NCBI GenBank assembly: GCA_049972095.1
Contig: JBMFKQ010000001.1
Coordinates: forward strand, 19,319-83,318
Direction of reading: 5' to 3'
Length of the DNA: 64,000 nt
DNA from: Elusimicrobiales bacterium
GTDB lineage: Bacteria > Elusimicrobiota > Elusimicrobia > Elusimicrobiales > UBA9959
This document shows, one piece after another, positions 26,920 through 35,869 of the stretch; positions within the stretch are counted from its first letter, which is position 1, and every line of letters starts with the position of its first letter. Under the pieces are notes generated by a model. The model was given only the letters and a program-made list of their open reading frames with translations. It did not search any database and was not told the origin of the DNA. A program made the translations under genes and the position numbers.

Positions 26920-27993
26920 TCATATCTCAGTTATAGACAATCTCTCTTCTTTAATATTAGGTGTATTTGTTTTTCTCTCCAGTGTAAATTTTTTGCCTGC
27001 AATAACAAATTCAACACTCCCTCTTTTTTTCATCTCTTCTATTATTTTCATTTCAAGCTCTGTAATCTCATTTTTAAGCTTTAAAAACTCCTCTGATTTT
27101 TTTAGATATTCCATGCATATTCCCTCTAGGTTTAAGCTTGATGGCTGAAAGTAGACCGGACATCTGTTTTTAAAATCACACCATCTACATACTTTTTCTG
27201 ATGGTTTTGGGTCAAACTTAGCAGAGTTTATATTTTCTATTGTAGCAATTACTTCATCCCAGAATCTTTCTATCTCACTTTCTCTTGCTCTTGGATATCT
27301 TATCTCTTTTAGATTTTCAACATAGTAATATATCATATCTTTAACCTCAATTTTTTCTACTTTCTCATAATACTTCTCTTCAATCTTCTTTATAATAAGT
27401 GGATCTGATTCGCATACCTTCTGATAAAAGTAAAGTTGATCAGGTGTTCTATTCTCTTCTTTTCCCGTTTTATAATCTACAATTGTTATTTTCCCATTTG
27501 AATGGTATTCTATTTTATCCGCAACTATGGTAAATCTATATCCGTTTATGGTTACATATGTTGAATACTCAAGAAGGAAAGGAAGAGCTTTATTGTCTGA
27601 ATGTTTCTTGTGAAAGTTAGCAATTATCTCAATTATCTTTATAAGGTCAATCTCTTCATACTCCTGATTTGCATACCCTTTGTCATAGTAAGGAACAGCT
27701 CTCCACTCTTTTTGAGCAATTCCTTTAAGCTCTTCAAAGGATGGAGGAGGAAGTTTCGAAAAGAAGTATTCAAGAACTTTGTGTATAACTCTTCCGATAA
27801 AAAAAAACTTTTTTGGTTTTTCAGCCAGCTTATCCACATATTTGAATTTGTATTTTAAAGGACATTCTTTATACATTGACATCTTTGAGTATGAAAACGC
27901 AAGGCTTTTATCTGCTTGACTCTCTGTTTTTATTTTCTCTTGAGGCTTGTAGCTGAATATACTTTCTTGAAGATAATCACTCATACGAAACAA
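26920..27993 (-). CDS. PD-(D/E)XK nuclease with Cas4/AddB-type Fe-S cysteine cluster plus C-terminal coiled-coil extension
   Basis: N-terminal Cys (YKECPLKY). Nuclease motifs IVADKIEY, IVDYKTGK and QLYFYQ. C-terminal CRWCDFKNRC (C-x2-C-x5-C). About 85 extra residues follow the cluster. Confidence 0.7.
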   Translation of the reverse strand: MFRMSDYLQESIFSYKPQEKIKTESQADKSLAFSYSKMSMYKECPLKYKFKYVDKLAEKPKKFFFIGRVIHKVLEYFFSKLPPPSFEELKGIAQKEWRAVPYYDKGYANQEYEEIDLIKIIEIIANFHKKHSDNKALPFLLEYSTYVTINGYRFTIVADKIEYHSNGKITIVDYKTGKEENRTPDQLYFYQKVCESDPLIIKKIEEKYYEKVEKIEVKDMIYYYVENLKEIRYPRARESEIERFWDEVIATIENINSAKFDPKPSEKVCRWCDFKNRCPVYFQPSSLNLEGICMEYLKKSEEFLKLKNEITELEMKIIEEMKKRGSVEFVIAGKKFTLERKTNTPNIKEERLSITEI

Positions 27994-28753
27994 GCTCCAT
28001 TATTCTCGTCTCCTTATCATTATAAAACGATGTTACTAAAATTTTACCAATTTCTGGTGCATAATAATAGATGTTTCCAGTATGATTTTTTTTCAGCTCT
28101 TTTTTCACTGCAATACAATTGGTAAAAACTCCTGCTTTAGTTTCTACCCTTTCAATATTAGCATAGGATGTTAGAACATCCTTTTCTTCATAAGAGGTGT
28201 TGTTTTTAAATGGATATTTGAAAAGGAGTGAGTAGTTCTTGTCTGTTTTTTCAAAGACATCACTTCCTTTTATCAGATATGATTTTTTTACTGATGTTAA
28301 TAATTTTTTTCCAGCATATATTTCTGAAATAGTGTCAATCTGTGTAAATGTTTTATTTTGTATTTTTATAATCTCTCTTGCGTTTTTACCGTATGTTTGA
28401 CTGTCTGCAAGAACATATTTTCTATGTGTTGGATAAAAATAGTTTGGGCAAAAAATTGCTCTAAATCTTGCCTCTTTTGAATATTTTGAATCCGGGAAAT
28501 TTCTTACAATAAATTCAAAATATTTTGAGGATTTTTCGCAGCTGTTAAAAACTATCTGATATATCATAGCAGCACGATATGCAGCATATTCAGTTAAAGG
28601 TGTGTTTTTTTTAATCTTAATGTATTTTTCATAATATGAAACTGCCTCATTGTATCTTTTTAATTCATAGAGTCTATCAGCTTCTTTTATCAGATCATTA
28701 GCACACCCACTTATTAGGATGCTGAATAAAGTGACTGTATGTTTAAAATTCAT
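27977..28753 (-). CDS. lipoprotein with N-terminal TPR-like repeat region
   Basis: Lipobox LISGC. The region ADRLYELKRYNEAVSYYEKYIKI...AAYRAAMIY looks TPR-like. The 3' end overlaps the nuclease gene start by 17 nt. Confidence 0.5.
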   Translation of the reverse strand: MNFKHTVTLFSILISGCANDLIKEADRLYELKRYNEAVSYYEKYIKIKKNTPLTEYAAYRAAMIYQIVFNSCEKSSKYFEFIVRNFPDSKYSKEARFRAIFCPNYFYPTHRKYVLADSQTYGKNAREIIKIQNKTFTQIDTISEIYAGKKLLTSVKKSYLIKGSDVFEKTDKNYSLLFKYPFKNNTSYEEKDVLTSYANIERVETKAGVFTNCIAVKKELKKNHTGNIYYYAPEIGKILVTSFYNDKETRIMELVSYE

Positions 28754-28776
28754 TTAAGGCTTTCAGATATAAAAAA

Positions 28777-28848
28777 TACCCCCACCAGGAATCGAACCTG
28801 GATCAGCTGCTTAGAAGGCAGCTGCTTTATCCATTAAGCTATGGGGGC
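28777..28848 (-). tRNA. tRNA-Arg (anticodon TCT)
   Basis: Folded by hand. Acceptor GCCCCCA/TGGGGGT (G1-U72 wobble), D-arm GCTT-AATGGATA-AAGC, anticodon arm GCTGC-CTTCTAA-GCAGC, 4-nt variable loop, T-arm CCAGG-TTCGATT-CCTGG, discriminator A73. Confidence 0.85.
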
Positions 28849-28931
28849 ATTCATCTATAAGTATATTTTATAAAATTTTCGATAAAGGCAAACAAATACA
28901 GTAAAGCATGAAAAGTGATAGGTGAGATGAG

Positions 28932-28974
28932 TTTAAATTTTAAATTTTGAATTTTAAATTTTAAATTTTGAATT
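28932..28974. repeat. six phased 7-nt A/T units (TTTTAAA/TTTTGAA), equivalent to two copies of a 21-nt unit
   Basis: Read directly: tttaaa ttttaaa ttttgaa ttttaaa ttttaaa ttttgaa tt. It lies between the trxB stop and the tRNA-Arg gene, so upstream of the tRNA on the minus strand. Confidence 0.8.
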
Positions 28975-28995
28975 AGGATGATTTGATGAAGCTTT

Positions 28996-29913
28996 TTATA
29001 AAGATTCAATATATTTTATTGCATTCATTGCTGCCATTGCACCACTTCCAGCTGCAATTACTGCCTGCTTGTATATTTTATCGACAACATCTCCACATGC
29101 AAATATGCCTTTTACACTTGTTTCATAATTGCCGTTAACTTTAACATACCCTTCACTATCAATCTCAACCTTTCCTTTCAAGATGGAACTGTTTGGCTCG
29201 TGTCCTATTGCAATAAAGACCCCATTAAGACTTATCTCTCTTTCACTACCATCCAAAGTATTTTTAAGCACAACCTTTTCAACCCTATTTTCTCCTTTTA
29301 TTTCCTTAACAATATGGTTGAAAACTATTTCAATTTTTGAGTTTTTTTTCACTTTTTCTTGGAGAAGTGCTGATGCTCTGAGTTTATCTCTTCTGTGTAT
29401 AAGATAAACCTTATTTGCAAATCCCGTTAAAAAAACTGCCTCCTCGCATGCTGTATCTCCCCCTCCTATAACGCATACATCCTTGCCTTTATAAAAAAAG
29501 CCATCACAAGTAGCACAGTATGAAACGCCTCTGTTTTTGAATCTTTCTTCGCCCTCTATTCCAAGCCTTCTTGGTGATGAACCTGTTGCAACTATAATTG
29601 CCTTTGCAATATATGTGTTTGCACCTGCTTTTATCTCAAAAGGATTTTTAATGATTATATCATCGGCATAATCTGTTGTGAGCACTGCTCCAAGTCTTTT
29701 AGCCTGATTTATAATCCTACTCATTAAATCATATCCGCTTATAGGTTTTTCAAAACCAGGAAAGTTTTCTATTTCCATTGTTTGTAAGAGAAGACCACCC
29801 GGTGCAGGACCTCCTATTATTATGCTTTTCATACCCCCTCTCTGAGTATATATGGCAGCAGTAAGTCCAGCTGGTCCGCTACCTATTATTGCAATATCAT
29901 ATCTGTTTTCCAT
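28996..29913 (-). CDS. trxB: thioredoxin-disulfide reductase
   Basis: GSGPAGLTAA FAD motif, redox-active CATCDG, GGGDTACEEA NADPH motif, CGDV. Confidence 0.95.
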   Translation of the reverse strand: MENRYDIAIIGSGPAGLTAAIYTQRGGMKSIIIGGPAPGGLLLQTMEIENFPGFEKPISGYDLMSRIINQAKRLGAVLTTDYADDIIIKNPFEIKAGANTYIAKAIIVATGSSPRRLGIEGEERFKNRGVSYCATCDGFFYKGKDVCVIGGGDTACEEAVFLTGFANKVYLIHRRDKLRASALLQEKVKKNSKIEIVFNHIVKEIKGENRVEKVVLKNTLDGSEREISLNGVFIAIGHEPNSSILKGKVEIDSEGYVKVNGNYETSVKGIFACGDVVDKIYKQAVIAAGSGAMAAMNAIKYIESL

Positions 29914-30323
29914 TATTCCTCCTTTACCTCAGCCATTGAGGTTGAGTTTTCCCAGAGTATGACAGATTTGACATTTAAGCCAATTCTTTTTAATGAATCT
30001 TTTACAACCAGAGCTATGAACTCAGCCGTTGGATTTTTATCAAGAAGAAAGATTTTTTGATTGTGTTGTTTTAAGATTTTTGCTAATGGATCTTTTTTAT
30101 GAAGAAGTGTTGCATGGTCCAAATTATCATCAAGCCATTTACCAGCGATTTTTTTTATCTGCATAAAATCCTTGACCATTGTCTGAGAATCGAGATTTTT
30201 TGATTGAAGTGTTATCTCAATCTTAGCATTGTGCCCATGAAGATTCTCACATTTCCCGTTATATTTGAAAAGCCTATGAGCATATGCTATTTCAAAAACC
30301 TTTTTTACCTTAAATATCTTCAT
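29913..30323 (-). CDS. queD: 6-carboxy-5,6,7,8-tetrahydropterin synthase (QueD / PTPS family)
   Basis: 136 aa. FEIAYAHRL and ENLHGHN zinc-binding His pattern, TAEFIA. Confidence 0.8.
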   Translation of the reverse strand: MKIFKVKKVFEIAYAHRLFKYNGKCENLHGHNAKIEITLQSKNLDSQTMVKDFMQIKKIAGKWLDDNLDHATLLHKKDPLAKILKQHNQKIFLLDKNPTAEFIALVVKDSLKRIGLNVKSVILWENSTSMAEVKEE

Positions 30324-30332
30324 AATTAGATT

Positions 30333-31205
30333 TTATTTTATTTCAAAGCAAAATGTTAAGTCCGATAAAAGTGATTTTGAATTCAAACGATTTTTTCTAA
30401 GCTTTTTTATCTCTCTCTTGTAAAAAGCTGAAAATGAATTTAAGGATCTTGTTTTAAAGTATATATTTTTTCTCATATCCCTATATAGCTCCATCTCTGG
30501 TTCTGATGAGATATAATAATAGTTTCTCCATGCATCATAGTAGGTAGTATGCCCTCTTTTTGCTTTATTCATTTCCATCTCATATATAACTCTAAAGAAA
30601 TTATCAGAATAGATATTATCAAGTGATCTTCTAAGCTTATCTGAAAGTTGCTTGTAATAGTTAAGCTCAAAAGACGGTCTTGAGCATGTTTTGTCAAAAA
30701 CATATTCTTCATCTTTCACTATCTTTTCGAAGCCTACCTCATCCATAACATAAAAGCATATTTTTCTCCCAAGTTGTGTGTTTTTTACTTCTGATATAAC
30801 ATCAGCAGAAAGATGATTTAGAATAAACTCAATCTCAAAGTATGATGAAAGGAGTTTTGCTTCCAAAGGGATATCATCATATATTTCATATTTTGTTCTT
30901 ATCATATATTCGTATAGGCTTTTTGCTAAATAAGCAGTTCTTAGGTTAAAACTTTTATATGCTTTTCTTGGCACAAGAAGGACTTTTCTGTCTCTGTTTA
31001 TAACAGCGCATTCAATTGTGGAATCTGGATTGAGTTCTACTCTAACAGGATTCCTTGAGAGATATTTAATAAGATATGAGTATTTTGAGTTTGATAGTGA
31101 GAGAAGCATATCCTCAATTTCACTTCCATCTGAAAGCATTTTTATGTTTAGAGTGCATGAGAAAAGAAAGAAGAAAGATAAGTATAAAGAGATTCTTCTT
31201 TTCAT
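30333..31205 (-). CDS. hypothetical lipoprotein
   Basis: 290 aa. Lipobox LFSC after a basic/hydrophobic signal. Tyr/Lys-rich. No family recognised. Confidence 0.4.
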   Translation of the reverse strand: MKRRISLYLSFFFLFSCTLNIKMLSDGSEIEDMLLSLSNSKYSYLIKYLSRNPVRVELNPDSTIECAVINRDRKVLLVPRKAYKSFNLRTAYLAKSLYEYMIRTKYEIYDDIPLEAKLLSSYFEIEFILNHLSADVISEVKNTQLGRKICFYVMDEVGFEKIVKDEEYVFDKTCSRPSFELNYYKQLSDKLRRSLDNIYSDNFFRVIYEMEMNKAKRGHTTYYDAWRNYYYISSEPEMELYRDMRKNIYFKTRSLNSFSAFYKREIKKLRKNRLNSKSLLSDLTFCFEIK

Positions 31206-31759
31206 AATTTGCTTAATTTTTTGATGAGTTTTTTAAAGATTTTTACAGGAAAACCTACTACATTTGTAAAATCTCCTTTTATTTTTTTTATTAATAGATC
31301 ATCTTTATCTTGAACTGCCCAGCCTCCTGCTTTGTCAATGTGTTTTGGTGCTATTTTGGATATTTCTTTTTCTGAAAGTTTTCTCATATAACAGATAGAT
31401 TTTTCATAATCTGTTAGGATTATATTCTTTTTTAGATATGCAAGGGTTATAGCTGTGTATACTGACTGCCATCTTCCTGATTGAATTTTTAAAAGCCTTT
31501 TGGCTTCAAATACATTTTTTGGTTTTCCTATTATTCTTCCCTTACAATAAACAATCGTATCAACACCTATAACCGCAGCATTTGGGTGTTTTGTAGCAAC
31601 TGAAATTGCCTTTTTTCTTGAAAGATCACAAACGATAAGATGAGGTCTTTTGTAGTGTGTTTTTTCTTCCACATTTGGAGGAATAACCTTAAACCTAAAT
31701 CCCATATCTTTGAGGAGTTTTCTTCTCCTCGGCGATGCTGATGCAAGTATGATTTTCAT
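31202..31759 (-). CDS. maf: Maf-family nucleoside triphosphate pyrophosphatase (septum formation inhibitor-like)
   Basis: IILASASPRRRKLL, GVDTIV and KAGGWAVQ motifs. Confidence 0.9.
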   Translation of the reverse strand: MKIILASASPRRRKLLKDMGFRFKVIPPNVEEKTHYKRPHLIVCDLSRKKAISVATKHPNAAVIGVDTIVYCKGRIIGKPKNVFEAKRLLKIQSGRWQSVYTAITLAYLKKNIILTDYEKSICYMRKLSEKEISKIAPKHIDKAGGWAVQDKDDLLIKKIKGDFTNVVGFPVKIFKKLIKKLSKL

Positions 31760-32019
31760 TTTATTATCTGTTTGTAGATGATGGCAGTAATGAATATACC
31801 TGTGAGTGTTGCTATGTTAAATTTAAATATGAGTCCAACTGTGAACTGAACTACTCCAAGATCAATTGTAGTAGGGTTTAGTCCAGTGTTTATCGAGTTT
31901 TGAAGGACTGATAAAGTATTTGAGTTTTGTGGCCAAAAGATTGATGCGATTTTGATTATTGTGTTTCCAAGAAGTGTTCCAACAACTATCACCACTGCTG
32001 TATGTATTGCAGCCTTCAT
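31756..32019 (-). CDS. small integral membrane protein (possibly DUF4321-like)
   Basis: 87 aa with hydrophobic N- and C-terminal helices. 4-nt overlaps with both neighbours. The family assignment comes from memory of similar maf-adjacent small proteins and is weak. Confidence 0.35.
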   Translation of the reverse strand: MKAAIHTAVVIVVGTLLGNTIIKIASIFWPQNSNTLSVLQNSINTGLNPTTIDLGVVQFTVGLIFKFNIATLTGIFITAIIYKQIIK

Positions 32020-32372
32020 TTTTTCCCTCTCATATTTTTGTGTATTGTAAGAATGGTGTTTGCTTCAATCCAATTAAGATAGTCTTCATTTCCTACAATA
32101 ATTGGTAGGAAAATTATTTCAGGAACACTATATGTGTGTTTCTCTTTTACATATCTTATAACATCCTTGGCAAGTCTTCTTTTAGTTTTTATAATCAACA
32201 TAAGCTCATTGGAATCTTCTATTCTACCCTGCCATCTGTATATTGATTTTATGCCCTTTATTATGTTAACACAGGCTGCAAGCTTCTCTTTTACAAGCCC
32301 ATTGGCTATTTCATTGGCTAATTTAAATGAGTCTACTGTTATTAAACATACACTGTATTTTGCTTTTTCCAT
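32016..32372 (-). CDS. cutA: divalent-cation tolerance protein CutA
   Basis: LVKEKLAACVNI.....SIYRWQG.IE...E..LIIKT and HTYSVPEI motifs. ATG 32372 (MEKAKYS) is preferred. The tracked N-terminal extension is hydrophobic junk. Confidence 0.85.
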   Translation of the reverse strand: MEKAKYSVCLITVDSFKLANEIANGLVKEKLAACVNIIKGIKSIYRWQGRIEDSNELMLIIKTKRRLAKDVIRYVKEKHTYSVPEIIFLPIIVGNEDYLNWIEANTILTIHKNMRGKK

Positions 32373-32473
32373 AATAATATAATACAAAAAAATAAAAAAA
32401 ATTGTTAAATTATATTTATGATTATTCTGCTTTAACGAATATACCAAAAAATATGAAAACTGTAGGAGGCTAA

Positions 32474-34678
32474 ATGAAGATAGAACAACTTATTTACATT
32501 AATAAAAATGTGCTAAATGAGGTTGAGGTGTATGAAACAATAAAAGATTTTGGAATAAATCTACCTAAGTATTTTTACCAACCATTCTCATCATCTGATA
32601 AAGAAGAGTTTATAAGGAAAGCACTTGAAATACCTTCAGATAAGGTTGTTATAAAAATGGTGTCATCAACAAACCTACACAAAACTGACAGCGGCGGTGT
32701 GAGAATTGTCCCAAAAAAAGAACAGAGTATTTCAAAGGCTTATGATGATATTGCTTCAATAGGATGCGAGGGTATAGTAGCTATTGAATTTTTACCTCAT
32801 GGATCCTCTATTGGTGAGGAGATACTTATTGGGGTTAGATATGATGAGGCTTTTGGCTATGTTATGGTGGTTGGACCTGGTGGGACTTTTACCGAAAGGT
32901 TAACAAGGAGTATCAGAAAAGAGTATCTTCCACAGTTTATAGCTATTTCTGATGTAGGAGCTAATAGTATAAGGAAGTTCATAGATGAGAGCTGGATATT
33001 TGCATTTACCCTTGGTAGGGTTAGGGGAGTCTCAAAAAAATGTGAGTTTGAGGAGATTGAGAAAACACTTCTCAATTTTATAGCTATAATAAAAGAGTTT
33101 GAAAAAAACTCTATTTATGTTGAGGAGATTGAGGTCAATCCTTTTATAGTCTCTTGTGGAAAACTCATTGCAGCGGATGGAGTTATTAGACTTAGAAAAA
33201 ATGCTCCTTCTAAAAGAATCATTCCTTCTGATGTAGCTATAAAAAGCATAACAGAGCCACAGAGCATTGCTATATGTGGTGTTAGCGATAAAAAACAAAA
33301 TATGGCAAGGATAATACTGAATAACACACTCAAAGCTGGTTTCCCTTCTCAAAGGATGTATATAATAAAGAAAGGTGTTTATGAAATAGATGGTGTAAAG
33401 ACATATCCATCTGTTAAGGAAGTTCCTCAAAATATAGATATGTATATTGTAAGTGTTCCTGTTGATGGACTTGTAGATGTGCTTAAAGAAGCAGCTGATA
33501 GTAGAAAGGTAAATGGGGTTGTTCTAATAACAGGTGGGGTTGGTGAGAAGAGTGGAACGGAAAGTATCCAGAATGATATTATTCGTATAATTAAAGATGC
33601 AAGAAACAAAAATCCTAACTTTGCACTTAATGGTGGCAATTGCATGGGGATAGTTCTTAATCGCTCAAAGATAAATACGTTTTTCATCCCTGAATATAAG
33701 ATGAAGTCTCCAACCGGAAAAAATCCTTATATGGTTTCTTCTGCTTTTGTGAGTCAAAGTGGTGCATTTGTTATCTCTACACTTACAAAGATGCCACATC
33801 TTATGTGTGACTATATTATTACAGTTGGAAATCAGCATGATTTAACTGTTGTTGATTATATAGATTATTTTTCAAAGATGGATGTAAAGCTTATCCTTTC
33901 ATATATTGAGGGTTTTAAACCTGGCGATGGAGAAAGGCTTTTAAAAATAGCTTCGAGAATGAAAAATGATAAAAAAATTCTTGTTATATATAAGGCTGGA
34001 AGAACTGCTATTGGTCAGAGGGCTGTTGTGGGGCATACCGCTTCACTTGCAGGGGATTACATCGTTTTTGAAAAACTTGTTTCTCAAGCAGGAGCAATTG
34101 TTTGTGATAGCTTTGATGAGTTTTGTGATATGGCATGGTTGTCTTCTTATGCATCTGCTTATAAGATTACATCAAATAAAGCTTTTTTTATAAGCAATGC
34201 TGGCTTTGAGACAACAGGTATGGCGGATAATATATCATTTCTTGAAGCTTATGAAGGTGATGAAAAGCTTAAGAATAGAATAAATGATATACTTAAAAAA
34301 TATAGACTTGATTCAATAGTTGATTTCAAAAATCCTATGGATATAACACCCATGGCAAATGATGATGCTTTAGCTGAAATAGTAGATGCAATTTACTCAT
34401 CATCACTATACTCCGTTATATTTATCTCTCCTGTTCCATTAACACCTGCAATGAATACAGTTGAGTGTGAGTCATCTCCGGATAGATTTGAAGGATCATT
34501 CATAAATAAAATATCACCATTTTTGAGTGAAAAAAAGGTTTTTATGCCTTTGTGTGTGGCAAGTGGTTCTCTTTATGATGCCTATTGTGAATATGCAGCA
34601 TCAAAGGGTTTTGTGGTTTTTAGAAGTGCCGATAGGATGGTTAAGGCTTTTGAAAAATATCTTAGGAATATTATGTGA
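32474..34678 (+). CDS. ADP-forming acyl/acetyl-CoA synthetase, fused, with ATP-grasp (beta) domain N-terminal to the CoA-binding/ligase (alpha) domains
   Basis: 734 aa. Residues 1-~240 are ATP-grasp_5-like (HKTDSGGVRI, EIEVNPF). Then come PQSIAICGVS...DMYIVSVP (CoA_binding_2), a GGNCMGI ligase-CoA region and GHTASLAG (phospho-His loop). AGGAGG SD at 32464-32469. Confidence 0.8.
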   Translation: MKIEQLIYINKNVLNEVEVYETIKDFGINLPKYFYQPFSSSDKEEFIRKALEIPSDKVVIKMVSSTNLHKTDSGGVRIVPKKEQSISKAYDDIASIGCEGIVAIEFLPHGSSIGEEILIGVRYDEAFGYVMVVGPGGTFTERLTRSIRKEYLPQFIAISDVGANSIRKFIDESWIFAFTLGRVRGVSKKCEFEEIEKTLLNFIAIIKEFEKNSIYVEEIEVNPFIVSCGKLIAADGVIRLRKNAPSKRIIPSDVAIKSITEPQSIAICGVSDKKQNMARIILNNTLKAGFPSQRMYIIKKGVYEIDGVKTYPSVKEVPQNIDMYIVSVPVDGLVDVLKEAADSRKVNGVVLITGGVGEKSGTESIQNDIIRIIKDARNKNPNFALNGGNCMGIVLNRSKINTFFIPEYKMKSPTGKNPYMVSSAFVSQSGAFVISTLTKMPHLMCDYIITVGNQHDLTVVDYIDYFSKMDVKLILSYIEGFKPGDGERLLKIASRMKNDKKILVIYKAGRTAIGQRAVVGHTASLAGDYIVFEKLVSQAGAIVCDSFDEFCDMAWLSSYASAYKITSNKAFFISNAGFETTGMADNISFLEAYEGDEKLKNRINDILKKYRLDSIVDFKNPMDITPMANDDALAEIVDAIYSSSLYSVIFISPVPLTPAMNTVECESSPDRFEGSFINKISPFLSEKKVFMPLCVASGSLYDAYCEYAASKGFVVFRSADRMVKAFEKYLRNIM

Positions 34679-34696
34679 TTTTGAAAAGGGGGTTTT

Positions 34697-35863
34697 ATGG
34701 AGGGGTTTGTATTTCATAATCCAACGAGAATAATTTTTGGTAAAAACACCATTTTAAGGATAGGAAGGGAGATTTCGTTATATGGAAGCAGAGCTCTTTT
34801 TGTTTATGGTAAAGGAAGTATAAAGAAAAATGGGGTTTACGATAAGGTTGTAGAGAGTCTCAGGAAAAATGGTGTTGATTTTGTTGAGCATGGAGGAGTT
34901 AAGCCAAATCCTGTTCTTGAACATGTAAATGAGGGTATTAAAAAATTCAAAGACAAGAAATGTGATGTTATTCTTGCATGCGGTGGTGGAAGCGTTATAG
35001 ATGAGTCAAAAGCTATTGCTGCGGGGGTTAGGTATGATGGTGATGTATGGGATTTTTTCGTAAGAAAAGCGCAGATAAAGGATGCCGTTAGTGTTTGTGT
35101 TGTCCTTACGATTCCTGCAACAGGTTCGGAGGCAAATGGTGGTTGTGTAATAACAAATGAAAAAACACTTCAGAAATATTCTGCTCATTCAAAATATATT
35201 TTTCCTAAACTGTCCATACTTGATCCACTTACAACCCTTTCACTCCCATTAGAACAAACTGCCTATGGATGTGTTGATGCTATGCTTCACCTTCTTGAAG
35301 GTTATTTTACCACTAAGGATAGTGACTGTGTGATAACTGACAACTATGTATATGCTGTTGTTAAATCTATAATGAGCTCCACACAGAGAATTATTATAAA
35401 TCCTTTAGATTACAATGCAAGAGCATCGATGATGTGGTCAGCCACGCTTGCTCTTAATGGTATGGAGGATTGTGGCTATAAAGGTGTTGAGTTTGTTAAT
35501 CATGTTATAGAACATTCTCTGAGTGCTATCTATGATATTCCTCATGGGCTTGGGCTTGCAATTGTTTTTCCAGCCTTTCTTAAATTTCTTTATAGAAGAT
35601 CTAAATATGATAGAATTGCTGAATTTGGCAGGCAAGTTCTTTTAATTCAACAGAGTAATAATCAGACTGCTGCAAATATAGCCATTGATAGGGTTGAAAG
35701 TTTTTTTAGGACGATTCTTAAACTTAAGACTAGGCTTTCTGAAAACTCAATCTATAAAAAAGATTTTAAAAAGATAATAGAAAATGCATGTGAGCTTGGA
35801 GGTTTGTGGGGGTGGAGCTATAGTAAGGATGATGTTGAGGAGATACTTGAACTTGCACTTTGA
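34697..35863 (+). CDS. iron-containing (group III) alcohol dehydrogenase, YqhD/butanol dehydrogenase-like
   Basis: GGGSVIDESKAIA, TIPATGSE, and the metal-His pattern DAMLH...HVIEH...IPHG. Confidence 0.88.
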   Translation: MEGFVFHNPTRIIFGKNTILRIGREISLYGSRALFVYGKGSIKKNGVYDKVVESLRKNGVDFVEHGGVKPNPVLEHVNEGIKKFKDKKCDVILACGGGSVIDESKAIAAGVRYDGDVWDFFVRKAQIKDAVSVCVVLTIPATGSEANGGCVITNEKTLQKYSAHSKYIFPKLSILDPLTTLSLPLEQTAYGCVDAMLHLLEGYFTTKDSDCVITDNYVYAVVKSIMSSTQRIIINPLDYNARASMMWSATLALNGMEDCGYKGVEFVNHVIEHSLSAIYDIPHGLGLAIVFPAFLKFLYRRSKYDRIAEFGRQVLLIQQSNNQTAANIAIDRVESFFRTILKLKTRLSENSIYKKDFKKIIENACELGGLWGWSYSKDDVEEILELAL

Positions 35864-35869
35864 TATCTT

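Noticed and set aside
26897-27148. 83-aa + strand ORF overlapping the 3' part of the nuclease gene
   Set aside because: It is antisense to the continuous 357-aa nuclease ORF. It is hydrophobic and low-complexity, with no SD.
28932-28974. Considered whether the short tandem repeat could be a CRISPR array or minisatellite of a mobile element
   Set aside because: The units are 7/21 nt with no spacers, the total length is only ~43 nt, and there are no cas genes or transposase. It is not a CRISPR.
32857-33687. Four minus-strand ORFs (72-132 aa) inside the acyl-CoA synthetase gene
   Set aside because: They are antisense shadow ORFs within a 734-aa gene that has clear domain motifs throughout.
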